Below are positions 27,335 through 37,548 of a stretch of DNA of 64,000 nucleotides, piece by piece. Where the stretch lies: contig CAYMHI010000004.1 in NCBI GenBank assembly GCA_964390265.1, positions 922 to 64,921 on the forward strand, given 5' to 3'. Position numbers and translations under genes: made by a program. Numbering within the stretch: position 1 is the first letter of the stretch; every line of letters starts with the position of its first letter. The stretch comes from an uncultured Candidatus Saccharibacteria bacterium (GTDB lineage: Bacteria; Patescibacteriota; Saccharimonadia; CAILAD01; BJGX01). The notes beneath the pieces were generated by a model. That model ran no database searches and was not told the origin of the DNA. It was given only the letters and a program-made list of their open reading frames with translations.

Positions 27335-30174
27335 TACAGCAATCCTTCAAATTTTATTCTACTGCTACCTTTTTCGCTAAATTTATGGCCTCTAATGCCC
27401 GCTACTAGCTTTTCCAGGGTTTCATATATTTTAAGGTTATCTATGTAGGTTGTGGAGGCCAAAATATCTTGCTCAACAAAATATAGGCTAACAGAGTTAA
27501 CTGGTGATTGGTGCTGTTTTTCCCAGGCTAGAGCGTATATTTGCATCTGTAAACTGTCTTTGAGCTTTTTTTGAGCGTTATTTTGAGAGCCCACCTCGCC
27601 AGTCTTAAAATCTCGTATTTCAATTTTACCGCCCCGGTCATAAATGGCATCATAGCGACCGCTGATATTTAGTTTTAAGCTTTCTAGCCTCAGTATGAAG
27701 GGTTTTTCTACTTCTTTTGGTATAACTTTCAACCCCTCCTCTTTTTTGTAGAACCTGGCCAATGCTTTGCGGCCTGACTCGTAGCGTTCTTTCTCATGAT
27801 CTAACGAGACAAACCCCTCGCTTTTCCAACGGTTTTCAAAACTTAGCAAGAGTTGACTAAGATTAACCGACTCCCCACTTAATCTGGCTCGATAGTAGAG
27901 TTCAATAGCCGCATGAATAGCTGAGCCGTACACTAGAGCATGAAATGGCCCCTTGGGTAGGCTGAGAATATCGAAATACCAGAATTCTATAGGTGAACGT
28001 GCGTACGATGCTAGCTGGTTGGTACTAAGATTGAGCCAGCCCCGCTCATCGGTAAATTTTGACAATGGATCAAAGTTTTGTCTCTGCGGTAATTGGGCAA
28101 ATGACTTAATAGCTTCTATTTGAGCGCGATTGTCCTGTGCTGGCGCAGATACCACCTCTCCTGTAGCCTCCTGTATAAACCTTGAAGGTTTTTTAAGTCG
28201 TTTGCCTCCATGATCATATGAGGTTGTAAGATATAGATAGGTTTTAGCTCGAGTCATACCAACATAAAAAAGTCGTCTCTCCTCGTGAATATGCCAAGGT
28301 ATAGATTCGTCATTTTCTGGTAGCAGTCCTTTTGGAACAGCAATTTTATCACCCATGTTTCTGGACGGAAATGTTTGCTCGGTAAGATCGACAATAAAGA
28401 CAGCTTCAAACTCCAACCCCTTAGCCTTATGTATAGTCATAATTGATACAGAATTTGCGTCTAAAGGTGATGACTGGATTAATATATCTACGTCGCTCTC
28501 TCGTATTCTATTTATGTGTCTCCAAAAGCCAAAAATATGAGGGTCATGGGGGCTTGATAATTCAAACTCCTTAATTACTACAAAAAACTGTGAGATATTT
28601 TGTATTTTTTGTACAGCCCTATGATCAGTATCAGCATCTGCTATCAAGCGCTTGAGGTAACCAGTTGATTCAATAAACTTATATAATATTTGACCAGCCG
28701 ATGAACTCAACACCTCACCCCGGTAATCCTGAAGCAAACCCAGCGCAGAGCTAATTGCTTCTGGTAGATCGTCTTGACTTGCCAGATAGCTCTCAAGACT
28801 TTCGTGACTTCTAGTAGCTTGTGCGCTGTATTTTGCAATTTGATCAAATGGTACTCTATATAAATCTGATACCAATAACCCGTAGAGTGCATCAGATGCG
28901 TTAGGGTCATTTAGAGCGCGTACAAAATGGAGCAATACTTTTATTTCGGCCTGTTCAAAAAGATTCTGACTTTCCGACACCACGTAAGGTATTGATAGCT
29001 TCTCTAGTGCATGAGCTACCTCTTGTGCTTGGCTATTTTTTCTTAATAAAATGGCGATGTCGTTATATTTTAAGTCTTTAGCGCTATGTAGCGCTTGTAT
29101 TTGACTAGCAATATAGTTCATTTCCTCAACAATTGTTGTATTTGCCTCAACATTAACCTCTGAATCACCAGCGACACCTTTAAGCTTTTTACTTAAGCCG
29201 TTCTCTATTTCTAGTCGGTATGGATTGTTACCCTGAATTAAACCATAAGCACAATCTAATATTTTTTGCTTTGAGCGGTAATTAATATTTAGCACAACTT
29301 GCTTGGCCTCGGGGAAATCTTTGGTAAATTTTAAAATATTTGAGATAGCGGCTCCTCTAAATCGATAGATAGACTGGTCATCGTCGCCCACCACCATAAT
29401 ATTTCGTAGTTCTTTAGACAACAATTTTACAAGATAATTCTGGGCATAATTGGTGTCCTGAAATTCATCTACCAAGACGTAGCGATACTTTTCTTGGTAC
29501 TTACGCAAGATGCTTTTGTTTTTTTCTAGCAATTCTATGGTAAGTATTATCTGATCGCCATAATCAATTAAACTCTTCTCTTGCGTCAACTTCTGATACT
29601 TAGAGTATATTTGCTCTAGCTCCTTAAGCTGAAGAAGTTCATCTTTCTCTAGTGACTTATCAAGCAGCTGCTTTTTCACGAATTTGCTAAACTTGATACT
29701 TGTAATATTCTCGTCCTTGAGTCTAGAGATAAATTTCAAGCAGGCATCTACAAAACTAAACGGATTACCTAGTGATTTATAATAATTTAGTTTTAGACCA
29801 TCTATGACCTCTTGCATTACAATAGCCTGCTGAAAATTCGACATCACCACAAAATCCGACGGCAACCCTACAGCAAATCCACTCTCGCGCAGAATTTTAT
29901 CACCTAGAGCATGGAATGTCGAAATTTCGGCATCGTTGTATCCATAAGGCAATATTTCGTCTACTCTATCTTGCATTTCGGCTGCAGCCTTCTCGGTAAA
30001 AGTAAGGGCAAGAATATTTTCAGAGTGTATCTTTTTATTCTGAATTAAATTAGCAATTCGAAGGCTAATAACAGCAGTTTTACCAGTTCCGGCTCCGGCC
30101 ACCACAATAGCTGGACCATTAAAATGCTCGACGGCTTGTTTTTGCGCAGCGTTAAGTTTAGTTTTTCCACCCAT
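27334..30174 (-). CDS. UvrD/PcrA-family SF1 helicase fused to a C-terminal PD-(D/E)xK (RecB/Cas4-like) nuclease domain
   Basis: N-terminal Walker A AGAGTGKT; helicase motifs (VDEFQDTN, GDDDQSIYRFRGA, TIHKAKGLEF); C-terminal ...GRYDAIYDRGGKIEIRDFKTG. Confidence 0.85.
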   Translation of the reverse strand: MGGKTKLNAAQKQAVEHFNGPAIVVAGAGTGKTAVISLRIANLIQNKKIHSENILALTFTEKAAAEMQDRVDEILPYGYNDAEISTFHALGDKILRESGFAVGLPSDFVVMSNFQQAIVMQEVIDGLKLNYYKSLGNPFSFVDACLKFISRLKDENITSIKFSKFVKKQLLDKSLEKDELLQLKELEQIYSKYQKLTQEKSLIDYGDQIILTIELLEKNKSILRKYQEKYRYVLVDEFQDTNYAQNYLVKLLSKELRNIMVVGDDDQSIYRFRGAAISNILKFTKDFPEAKQVVLNINYRSKQKILDCAYGLIQGNNPYRLEIENGLSKKLKGVAGDSEVNVEANTTIVEEMNYIASQIQALHSAKDLKYNDIAILLRKNSQAQEVAHALEKLSIPYVVSESQNLFEQAEIKVLLHFVRALNDPNASDALYGLLVSDLYRVPFDQIAKYSAQATRSHESLESYLASQDDLPEAISSALGLLQDYRGEVLSSSAGQILYKFIESTGYLKRLIADADTDHRAVQKIQNISQFFVVIKEFELSSPHDPHIFGFWRHINRIRESDVDILIQSSPLDANSVSIMTIHKAKGLEFEAVFIVDLTEQTFPSRNMGDKIAVPKGLLPENDESIPWHIHEERRLFYVGMTRAKTYLYLTTSYDHGGKRLKKPSRFIQEATGEVVSAPAQDNRAQIEAIKSFAQLPQRQNFDPLSKFTDERGWLNLSTNQLASYARSPIEFWYFDILSLPKGPFHALVYGSAIHAAIELYYRARLSGESVNLSQLLLSFENRWKSEGFVSLDHEKERYESGRKALARFYKKEEGLKVIPKEVEKPFILRLESLKLNISGRYDAIYDRGGKIEIRDFKTGEVGSQNNAQKKLKDSLQMQIYALAWEKQHQSPVNSVSLYFVEQDILASTTYIDNLKIYETLEKLVAGIRGHKFSEKGSSRIKFEGLL

Positions 30175-30222
30175 ATATACTCATTATATAGCCTCTTGAG
30201 CTCTGGTGATAGTCGGTACAAA

Positions 30223-32259
30223 ATGATATGCTCGATAACGAAGATTGGAGAAAACTACAGGGTGAGTAAAATAACACAACAGTTTCAATTACTTGCACCA
30301 AAAGCCGCTGCTCAAAACGAGGTTAAGACTTTTGTGTATAGCAAGGACGTTATAGTAAAAAACAGCTCTACTGAGGAAGAAAGACTTTACTCAGTACTAA
30401 CAATCTGGGCTCCAACAAAAGATATTGATAAAATTTTTGCACACCTCATGCAGGTGTTTTACAAATGCTGTCGTATAGAGACAAGCAACGAATCTATAAT
30501 GGTTCGGTTTAACCGCACCCTAGAGAGCATTAATACTATTTTGGAAGAACTAAGTAGGTACTATACAAAAAAAGACCTGAGGTTCCATGTAGCAGGTTCA
30601 ATAGCTATAATATCTGGCTCACAAGCTGTCATAGGTATATGCAATGATGCCCAGACTTATCTGACCAGAAAAAAAGTAACTAAAACTCTGTTTGATCCGC
30701 ACTCTAAAAGTTCCAAATCCAATAAGTTTTATAAAACAACTCACTTACATCTATATCCAAACGATCAAATAATATTTTCTAGCAGCCGATTTTCGGATAG
30801 ATTACCCAAATATATGCTGTACAATTACTTGAAAGACCCCGGCTATATATTCTTTAAATTGTGCGAAGACATAACCAGTCTTAATAGCCCGCATCTGGGA
30901 CTGATTAATGTACTGATATACTCCAAAACCAGATCGCTACCGACTCAACATAATGTCGAATCTACCAGTATTGGTGATGCCCAGGGTTCAGCAAAACCAG
31001 TAGTCGTAAAAAAACCCGCTCTTAAACATACTCAACACAGAATTTCCCTAGATAATATTACCAAGTCGGCAGAAAAATATATACTCGTGCCAGCAAAAAA
31101 GGCTTTTAAGAGCAGCTGGAACTCTCTCTGGAGTAAATACATCAACTCCCGACCAATATTATCGTTAGCAATTTTTATTTCGATACTATGCGTAATAATA
31201 GGCCTAGCGATCTACTTTGTAGCTTATAATCCGCATAACCAAACACTTATTAAAAGATATGAAAATTGGAATAAAGAAGTTAGTCTGGCAGAATCTCAAA
31301 CAAATCAAGACAAGGTTACAACGCTCAAGATAATTGACAAAACTAGACTCGAAATCAACTCGCTACCTCGAACTGATTACCTAGCTATTAACAGATTAGT
31401 GGCCAACCAAAAAAAACAAAGTCTAGACGATTTGTTGGCCAGACTAAACTCTATAGATGATAAACTGAATGGTATTTATAGAGTTAACCCAGAAAAGGTG
31501 TTTGAAGGTGACAAAACTGCAAGGTTTGGCCCCATAGCCCTACAAGACAACCTAGTCTACTCTGTCGACACATCTTCGGGTTCGCTTTGGGTTACAAACA
31601 TCAATAATTCAAAAACCCAGCAATTAGCTAGTAGCCCAGAGCTAGGCAGCGCAACTGCCATTACGGTTAGTGCAAGCAAGATAGTATATATTCTTACCAA
31701 CACCGGGGTGTACGCAGTCAATGACAAGGGCGAAGTAAATAAACAGTCAAATACAACAGGATTGTGGCCGTCTAGTGCTGCTATCTCATCATATGGCCCT
31801 AATCTTTACTTATTAAGCCCAGCCGATAATCAAATATACAAGTATATAAAAACTAACACTTCTTTTGGTTTAGCTAGTAAATATATCAAAAACCCAACCA
31901 CTGGTCTACTTAAAGATGCCACCTCTTTTACCGTTAATGGCAATGTTATAGTAGCCGAAAGATCAGGTCAAATACTTCTATTCAATCAAGGTGTTAAGCA
32001 AGACTTCGCTATCACCGATGCCCCAAGTGACCTGCAAAACATCACTTCGATATCTTATTCTTCAAGCCCAGATAGAGTGATTGTGCTTAATCAAGAGAAA
32101 AAGGCACTTATAGACTTAAGCCTTGTAGAAACCGGAGCGCAATACAAAAAGGAGGCAGTTGTAAATGGAACATCGTTTATTTCTAGCTTTATTTATGATA
32201 ATAAAAGTAATAATGTAATATTTACATCTAATAATACAATCCAAAAAATACCTTTTTAA
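30223..32259 (+). CDS. hypothetical single-pass membrane protein with a large C-terminal extracytoplasmic beta-rich domain
   Basis: Long ORF. Start set at the first Met outside the helicase gene (the ORF track starts at 30124 inside the opposite-strand helicase). TM helix ILSLAIFISILCVIIGLAIYFV around aa 330. Confidence 0.5.
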   Translation: MICSITKIGENYRVSKITQQFQLLAPKAAAQNEVKTFVYSKDVIVKNSSTEEERLYSVLTIWAPTKDIDKIFAHLMQVFYKCCRIETSNESIMVRFNRTLESINTILEELSRYYTKKDLRFHVAGSIAIISGSQAVIGICNDAQTYLTRKKVTKTLFDPHSKSSKSNKFYKTTHLHLYPNDQIIFSSSRFSDRLPKYMLYNYLKDPGYIFFKLCEDITSLNSPHLGLINVLIYSKTRSLPTQHNVESTSIGDAQGSAKPVVVKKPALKHTQHRISLDNITKSAEKYILVPAKKAFKSSWNSLWSKYINSRPILSLAIFISILCVIIGLAIYFVAYNPHNQTLIKRYENWNKEVSLAESQTNQDKVTTLKIIDKTRLEINSLPRTDYLAINRLVANQKKQSLDDLLARLNSIDDKLNGIYRVNPEKVFEGDKTARFGPIALQDNLVYSVDTSSGSLWVTNINNSKTQQLASSPELGSATAITVSASKIVYILTNTGVYAVNDKGEVNKQSNTTGLWPSSAAISSYGPNLYLLSPADNQIYKYIKTNTSFGLASKYIKNPTTGLLKDATSFTVNGNVIVAERSGQILLFNQGVKQDFAITDAPSDLQNITSISYSSSPDRVIVLNQEKKALIDLSLVETGAQYKKEAVVNGTSFISSFIYDNKSNNVIFTSNNTIQKIPF

Positions 32260-32289
32260 GAAAATACTTCTTGGGTGTCGCCCAACAAC

Positions 32290-34032
32290 TCACATCTTTT
32301 GGGGGATTTCCATACCCATAGCGTCAAAGCACATTTTAACAGCTTGAAAAATTGCATTATTTAGCAATAGACGAAACTCATCTATCCCGTTTTCGCCTAT
32401 TATCTGGTGAGTATGATAAAAACTATTGTATTGTCGACACAGATCGTAACAATAATGGGCAATTTGACTAGGTTCAAAGTCGTTAGTTGCCCTGCTATAA
32501 ACCTGGTTTATTCTACTTAATGCCAAGATGAGCTCAATTTCATTCATATCTGGTTTAACATCTGTAGTATCTATGTTGCCTTCGGGGTTATAGTGGCTAG
32601 ACTTGTTTTGTACCGATTGCATCCGCACAGCGCTATAGGCAAGGTATGGTGCACTATCGCCATCAATCGAGAGTACGTTGTTCCAGTCAAATGTAAGATT
32701 AGACAGCCTATTTTGATGCAAAATTGTATATTTAATGACGTTAATTGAGATAATTTCACTTAGTTTGGCTTGCTCTGTTGTATTTAAGTCTTTAGATAGA
32801 GCTACTATCTGGTTAGATACTTTATTTTTAGTTGTATCTATTAGATCTTCAACCAGTATAATATTACCCTTGCGTGTACTCATACTCTCATCTTTAAAAG
32901 TCATTCTGCCAAATGGCACATGAATATTTTTGGCTTGAGTTAGACCCAGCTTATCGGCAACCTCGTAAACCTGCTTGAGTTGTAAGCTTTGAGCAACGTC
33001 TACCACGTTGACCATCAGGTCGGGCTTCCATTGTTGTTGCCAATACATCACTCGTGCCAAGTCTCTAGTTAAATACAGACTAGTGCCGTCACTTTTCTTG
33101 ATGAGCGCTGGTGGTTCATCAGGATTGTCTAGCACGCACACTAATGCTCCTTGGCTTGGTTTAAAAAGGTTTTTATTAATACCTAAATCAACAATCTCAT
33201 CTATTTTATCCTCATAAAAACTTTCACCATTGAAGTAATCAAACTCAATATTTAACTTACTATAAATCTCTAAGACTTCAGCCATACTCCAGGCCTGTAT
33301 CTTGCTTAGTAGCTCACGGTTTTCGAGGTCGCCTTGCTCGAGTTTTTTGTATTCTGCCCTGCCAGCCTCATCTAAAGAATCGTCGCTTTCTTCAGCAATA
33401 TGAAACCGTACATAAAGCTTAAGAAGTTCTGGAACTGGGTTAGCTTCAATGGCTTGCATATCGCCCCAGTTTTTAACAGCGTAAATCAAACGCCCAAACT
33501 GCGTACCCATGTCGCCTATAAAATTATCGGCAATAACTTCGTACCCAACCTGTCTATAGATTCTCTTAATGGAGTCACCAATGATAGTTGATAGCAAATG
33601 ATGCACCCCCATTGGTTTACCAATATTAGGGTGTGAGTAGTCGATAATCATTTTTTTGCCGGTGCCAGAATAGCCAATGTAGCCGGGTAGATCTTGATAT
33701 ATATTCTGGAGCTGTTTTAATAGTACCTTGTCGGTTAGCCGAACATTAATAAACCCAGGCTTTAGTACCTCTACTGTAGAAATACTCGGATGTTTATCAA
33801 CGCTAATAGCAAGCTGCTTGGCAATCTCCATAGGGTTTTTACCAATTGTTTTAGAAGAAGCCATTGCAATGTTGGTGGAAAAGTGGCCGAATTCTATATC
33901 ACAATACTCCACCTCTGCTATGGTGGCGTTATCTGGAAACTCAGACTTAAAAGCAGCCTGTACAATGGATTGGATGTGATCTTGAAGATTTTGCATTGCA
34001 TCTATTATAGCGAATTTAGTTTGTCTTGGCAC
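32290..34032 (-). CDS. argS: arginine--tRNA ligase
   Basis: Class I HIGH-type (SHPNIGKPMGVHHLLSTIIGD), MSTRKG (KMSKS variant), DALR anticodon-binding C-terminus. Confidence 0.93.
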   Translation of the reverse strand: MPRQTKFAIIDAMQNLQDHIQSIVQAAFKSEFPDNATIAEVEYCDIEFGHFSTNIAMASSKTIGKNPMEIAKQLAISVDKHPSISTVEVLKPGFINVRLTDKVLLKQLQNIYQDLPGYIGYSGTGKKMIIDYSHPNIGKPMGVHHLLSTIIGDSIKRIYRQVGYEVIADNFIGDMGTQFGRLIYAVKNWGDMQAIEANPVPELLKLYVRFHIAEESDDSLDEAGRAEYKKLEQGDLENRELLSKIQAWSMAEVLEIYSKLNIEFDYFNGESFYEDKIDEIVDLGINKNLFKPSQGALVCVLDNPDEPPALIKKSDGTSLYLTRDLARVMYWQQQWKPDLMVNVVDVAQSLQLKQVYEVADKLGLTQAKNIHVPFGRMTFKDESMSTRKGNIILVEDLIDTTKNKVSNQIVALSKDLNTTEQAKLSEIISINVIKYTILHQNRLSNLTFDWNNVLSIDGDSAPYLAYSAVRMQSVQNKSSHYNPEGNIDTTDVKPDMNEIELILALSRINQVYSRATNDFEPSQIAHYCYDLCRQYNSFYHTHQIIGENGIDEFRLLLNNAIFQAVKMCFDAMGMEIPQKM

Positions 34033-34068
34033 ATATTTAAAATCTTAGGCTGCGGTATAATAGGTACT

Positions 34069-34512
34069 ATGAAAATAATAGCAACCAATAAAAGAGCTCG
34101 TTTTGACTACGATATTACCGATAAAATCGTGGCAGGTATAGTTTTGGCCGGACACGAGGTTAAAAGCGTTAAGAGTGGCTCTGTGGGCCTCAAGGGTAGC
34201 TTTGTAAGTTTTGTGGGCAATGAAGCTTATTTGTCTAATGCCCACATAACCCAATACAAACAGGCATCCAGCCTAAAGAGCTACGAACCAACCGCTAGCC
34301 GTAAACTACTAATGCACCGTAAAGAGCTAGATAGGCTACTGGGAGCACTAAAAAGCGAGGGCAAAACCGCTGTACCTACTGCAATTGGTATTGATCGTGG
34401 CTTAGTAAAGGTAGAGATAGGTATTGGACGCGGTAAAAAGCGCCATGACAAACGTGAGACTATTAAAAAACGTGACATGCTACGCGATGCCAACCGAGAC
34501 GTCAAAAAGTAG
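34069..34512 (+). CDS. smpB: SsrA-binding protein SmpB
   Basis: MKIIATNKRARFDYDI...GHEVKSVK...LLMHRKE... typical SmpB; start is the internal Met of the 33790..34512 ORF (the upstream extension lies in the argS-smpB divergent region). Confidence 0.9.
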   Translation: MKIIATNKRARFDYDITDKIVAGIVLAGHEVKSVKSGSVGLKGSFVSFVGNEAYLSNAHITQYKQASSLKSYEPTASRKLLMHRKELDRLLGALKSEGKTAVPTAIGIDRGLVKVEIGIGRGKKRHDKRETIKKRDMLRDANRDVKK

Positions 34513-34700
34513 CAGTTGAGCACATTATTGTATCAATGATAGTTTTATAAATTATATATATTGCTTCTCCAATCTGTTATTGTTTAGTATTATTACATGC
34601 TAGTAATGCTATAACACTACAATGTTGTAGCATATATCCCACCCTACATTATCAAGCTAAGCCATACTGTGTTATTATTAGAGCATAAGCGATATTATTT

Positions 34701-35717
34701 ATGACTACCCCATCTATACAATCAATTGCAACAGATCTAATGAAGGCTCCCAAGGGTTTGTTGGCTGCAGACGAGAGCAACAATACCTGCACTAGGCGTT
34801 TTGAGGCGCTAGGTATTAAGAGCAATGAAGAGTCTCGCCGTAGTTATCGTCAAATGCTTCTTACAGCCCCCAAGTTCGCACAATATATTAGCGGTGTTAT
34901 TTTTTATGACGAAACGATTCGGCAAAAAACCGATGCCGGTCAAAGCTTCGTAGATCTACTTACATCCCAAGGAGTTACACCTGGTATTAAGGTAGATGGC
35001 GGCCTGGTTGAGCTTAATAACTTTGCCCCCGAAACCATTACTAATGGATTAGATGGATTGACCGAGCGACTCAAGGAATACTACTCTTTAGGTGCTAGGT
35101 TTACCAAATGGCGTGCCGCCTTTATTGTTGATCAATCCGTCAATAGACCATCCGCTACTGCCCTACACGCCAATATGCACGCCTTGGCTCAGTACGCATG
35201 CACAGTGCAATCGGCTGGTATGGTACCAATAGTTGAGCCAGAGGTATTATACGATGGAGATCATAGCCTCGAAGATAGCCAAGAAGTTACAGCGCACACT
35301 TTGAGAGTATTATTTGATACGCTCAAGGCTTACAAGGTGGATTTAACAGGTTTGATCTTGAAAACCAGCATGGTCTTGGCTGGAAAAAACAGTGTCCTCC
35401 AATCCTCTCCCCAAGAAGTAACGAAAGCAACCCTTAAAGTTTTAAACGATCGAGTACCTCACCAAACCGCCGGTATAGTATTCTTATCTGGCGGACAAAC
35501 TCCCAGCCAGGCTAGCAACAACCTCAATGCTATCGGTGAATCTGGTAAACAGCCTTGGCCCATTAGCTTTTCGTTCTCACGCGCCGTGCAAGAGCCGGCC
35601 CTCAACACCTGGCGTGGTGAGAAGGCCAATATTGAACTTGCACAATCCAAATTTAGCGACGCTTTGGCCACAAATTCACTTGCCCGCGAAGGCAAATTAA
35701 ACTTAAAAAATACATAG
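34701..35717 (+). CDS. fba: fructose-bisphosphate aldolase, class I
   Basis: Class I FBA fold with Schiff-base Lys region GLILKTSMVLAGK and LAADESNNTCTRRFE substrate-binding N-terminus. Confidence 0.85.
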   Translation: MTTPSIQSIATDLMKAPKGLLAADESNNTCTRRFEALGIKSNEESRRSYRQMLLTAPKFAQYISGVIFYDETIRQKTDAGQSFVDLLTSQGVTPGIKVDGGLVELNNFAPETITNGLDGLTERLKEYYSLGARFTKWRAAFIVDQSVNRPSATALHANMHALAQYACTVQSAGMVPIVEPEVLYDGDHSLEDSQEVTAHTLRVLFDTLKAYKVDLTGLILKTSMVLAGKNSVLQSSPQEVTKATLKVLNDRVPHQTAGIVFLSGGQTPSQASNNLNAIGESGKQPWPISFSFSRAVQEPALNTWRGEKANIELAQSKFSDALATNSLAREGKLNLKNT

Positions 35718-35773
35718 TGGAATATTTTTTTAAAAAAAGTCTAAAAAAACTAAAAAAAGTTTGAAAAAAGTTG

Positions 35774-35803
35774 TTGACAAGGCTTATGCTTACAAGATAT
35801 GAT
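35774..35803 (+). promoter_or_regulatory. sigma70-like promoter (TTGACA-17/18-TATGAT) preceded by phased A-tracts
   Basis: TTGACA at 35774; TATGAT after an 18-nt spacer. Upstream 35724..35770 holds four A6-7 tracts at ~10-11 bp phasing (intrinsic bend/UP-like). No annotated ORF downstream before the terminators. Confidence 0.45.
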
Positions 35804-35922
35804 GTATGTAGTGCTGCACACTAAAATTACTCAAAACAAAAACAAAGCTCTTTTCAACAGATTGGCGAAGCTCACAAGGCGACGCCAATTTGTTTCAAAA
35901 ATATAAATAATAAAATCAAAAA

Positions 35923-35951
35923 AAGCGCCACACAAATAAAGGCGCTTTTTA
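35923..35951. terminator. bidirectional rho-independent terminator (AGCGCC-loop-GGCGCT flanked by A/T runs)
   Basis: Between the convergent fba (+) and RRM protein (-) genes; an A-run lies 5' and a T-run 3' of the hairpin. Confidence 0.6.
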
Positions 35952-35976
35952 TTTTGTTCAATATTGTGATATCAAA

Positions 35977-36011
35977 AAACAGACCCTACTTTAATTTGGG
36001 TCTGTTTTTTA
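35977..36011. terminator. second bidirectional rho-independent terminator (ACAGACCC-loop-GGGTCTGT + T6)
   Basis: A6 before and T6 after the stem; 26 nt downstream of the RRM protein gene end. Confidence 0.6.
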
Positions 36012-36036
36012 TTTATCGTAAATGTTCAATTTTAGC

Positions 36037-36294
36037 TTAGTCGCGCGGTTGTTGCGGACGAGCTTCTGACACAGTAATAGCACGGCCATCGATTTCTTTG
36101 CCGTTGGTAGCTTCGATGATTGCGTTGAGATCAACGCTCTCTGCTAGTTCGACAAAACCAAAACCCTTACTACGACCATTCATACGATCAGTGATCACGT
36201 TGGCAGATACTACCTCACCGTGCTCACCAAATATTTCAGCAAGCTGCTCAGATGTAACGCTGTATGGCAGGTTGCCAACAAATAACTTTTTCAT
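36037..36294 (-). CDS. RRM-type RNA-binding protein
   Basis: RNP-2 KLFVGNLPY and RNP-1 KGFGFVEL motifs; 85 aa. Confidence 0.85.
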   Translation of the reverse strand: MKKLFVGNLPYSVTSEQLAEIFGEHGEVVSANVITDRMNGRSKGFGFVELAESVDLNAIIEATNGKEIDGRAITVSEARPQQPRD

Positions 36295-36487
36295 GTATTT
36301 AGATGGTTCTTTCTTTTAATAATCTTGGAGCAGGACGACCTTCTTTTCTTACCAAGTCATCTTGAAACAAGAACATAGAAGAAAGAGAAACCTACTTGGT
36401 GAGTATTATAGCACAATCGAGAGAAGATTACTAGTAGATAGCCTAAAATAAAAATCACCTCTAGCTTATCACTTGAGGTGATGATGA

Positions 36488-36742
36488 TTAATCGCCGACA
36501 AGGTCGAGAAAGAACTTAAGTCTCTCGGTTTGCTCTGCAGCATGTTGAGGCATTTGCGAGCGTGAAACACTATCTATAGAAAAGCCCTCGGGTGGAAGTG
36601 AATATCCACCTAGAGCTGCATAGTGGGTATAAGGAGTCTTGTTTACTGCTCCACTATTGGTTGAGATGCGGCGATGTTGACCGAACAAATACATACGAAC
36701 CCCGGCAACAAACATTGCGAACAATACCAATACAACCATCAT
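36488..36742 (-). CDS. small membrane-anchored hypothetical protein
   Basis: N-terminal TM; followed on the minus strand by a hairpin + T-run terminator (36448..36482). Confidence 0.4.
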   Translation of the reverse strand: MMVVLVLFAMFVAGVRMYLFGQHRRISTNSGAVNKTPYTHYAALGGYSLPPEGFSIDSVSRSQMPQHAAEQTERLKFFLDLVGD

Positions 36743-36869
36743 ATTCCCTCCCTTAAGAGTAGGTGCTAGACTAGCGCTTAATATAGCATGTAGTACTTTA
36801 GAAAGCCAGCATTACAGTCGTTACATACTATAATAAAAACCTCATTGCACATTGGCAATGAGGTAATAA

Positions 36870-37463
36870 TTAGTCTACTTTGGAACGCATTTTCTGGGCA
36901 AATCGCTCGGCGATGGTTTGAGCGCCGGCATTGTTATTCGGCACAACCTGAATATTACCATAAGTAGGTACTATACCGGGCTCTGTTACCCGCAAGTACC
37001 AGCCGCAACGGCCATTAGCTCGCATCAGAGCGATTACCTGGGGCCAACCACGAAACATTGCCAGCTTGTGGCATGGCTCACGAGGTTTAGATACTTCTAA
37101 TTCTGCAGCTCCCCATTGCCATCTATCACCAATGCGAACATCGGCTTCCAAAATGCCTTGTACGAGTAAATTTTCGCCAAAAGATCCGGGTGGCAACACC
37201 TGGCCATAAACGGCCTGCCAGTACGCATAATGCTCGCTGGGGTACACATAAACGGCCATTTCGTTACCACCATGCAACTGCCTGCCATCATCCTTGGGGC
37301 GTGTATCGACCTGTTGATCGCCGTACAAATTGGTGTAGGTTAGTAAAATTTCTCTACCCTCTACCGGCGACTTGCCAATACTTGAGTATACCGGCGCACC
37401 GTTGCGCTCACCAATTACCTGTGGCAAGCCCGTGCAGACTGCCACTATTTTGACTTTTCTCAT
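36870..37463 (-). CDS. MOSC-domain protein (YiiM-like)
   Basis: MOSC beta-barrel signature GENLLVQG...VRIGDRWQWGAAELEVSKPREPCHKL; GC-richer than flanking core genes. Confidence 0.7.
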   Translation of the reverse strand: MRKVKIVAVCTGLPQVIGERNGAPVYSSIGKSPVEGREILLTYTNLYGDQQVDTRPKDDGRQLHGGNEMAVYVYPSEHYAYWQAVYGQVLPPGSFGENLLVQGILEADVRIGDRWQWGAAELEVSKPREPCHKLAMFRGWPQVIALMRANGRCGWYLRVTEPGIVPTYGNIQVVPNNNAGAQTIAERFAQKMRSKVD

Positions 37464-37545
37464 TTACTGCCCTCTCTGTATAGGTACGAGCTGTATTGTA
37501 CAGTATATAAATAAAAACCCCAAGATTTTCTTGGGGTATGACGTT
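37464..37545 (-). promoter_or_regulatory. terminator-promoter-leader cassette, copy 1 (hairpin CCCCAAGA-n5-TCTTGGGG + U-run; overlapping TTGGGG-17-TACAAT with TGn)
   Basis: Near-identical to 38353..38440; hairpin at 37506..37524; precedes MOSC gene start. Confidence 0.5.
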
Positions 37546-37548
37546 GCT

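Noticed and set aside
30124-30222. First 33 codons of the 711-aa plus-strand ORF.
   Set aside because: They overlap the 5' end of the helicase gene on the opposite strand. The first Met outside that overlap (30223) was used, though the start remains uncertain.
33790-34068. N-terminal 93-codon extension of the smpB ORF.
   Set aside because: The extension overlaps the argS 5' end and the divergent promoter region. SmpB homology starts at MKIIATNKRARFDYDI (34069) and the extension has no SD.
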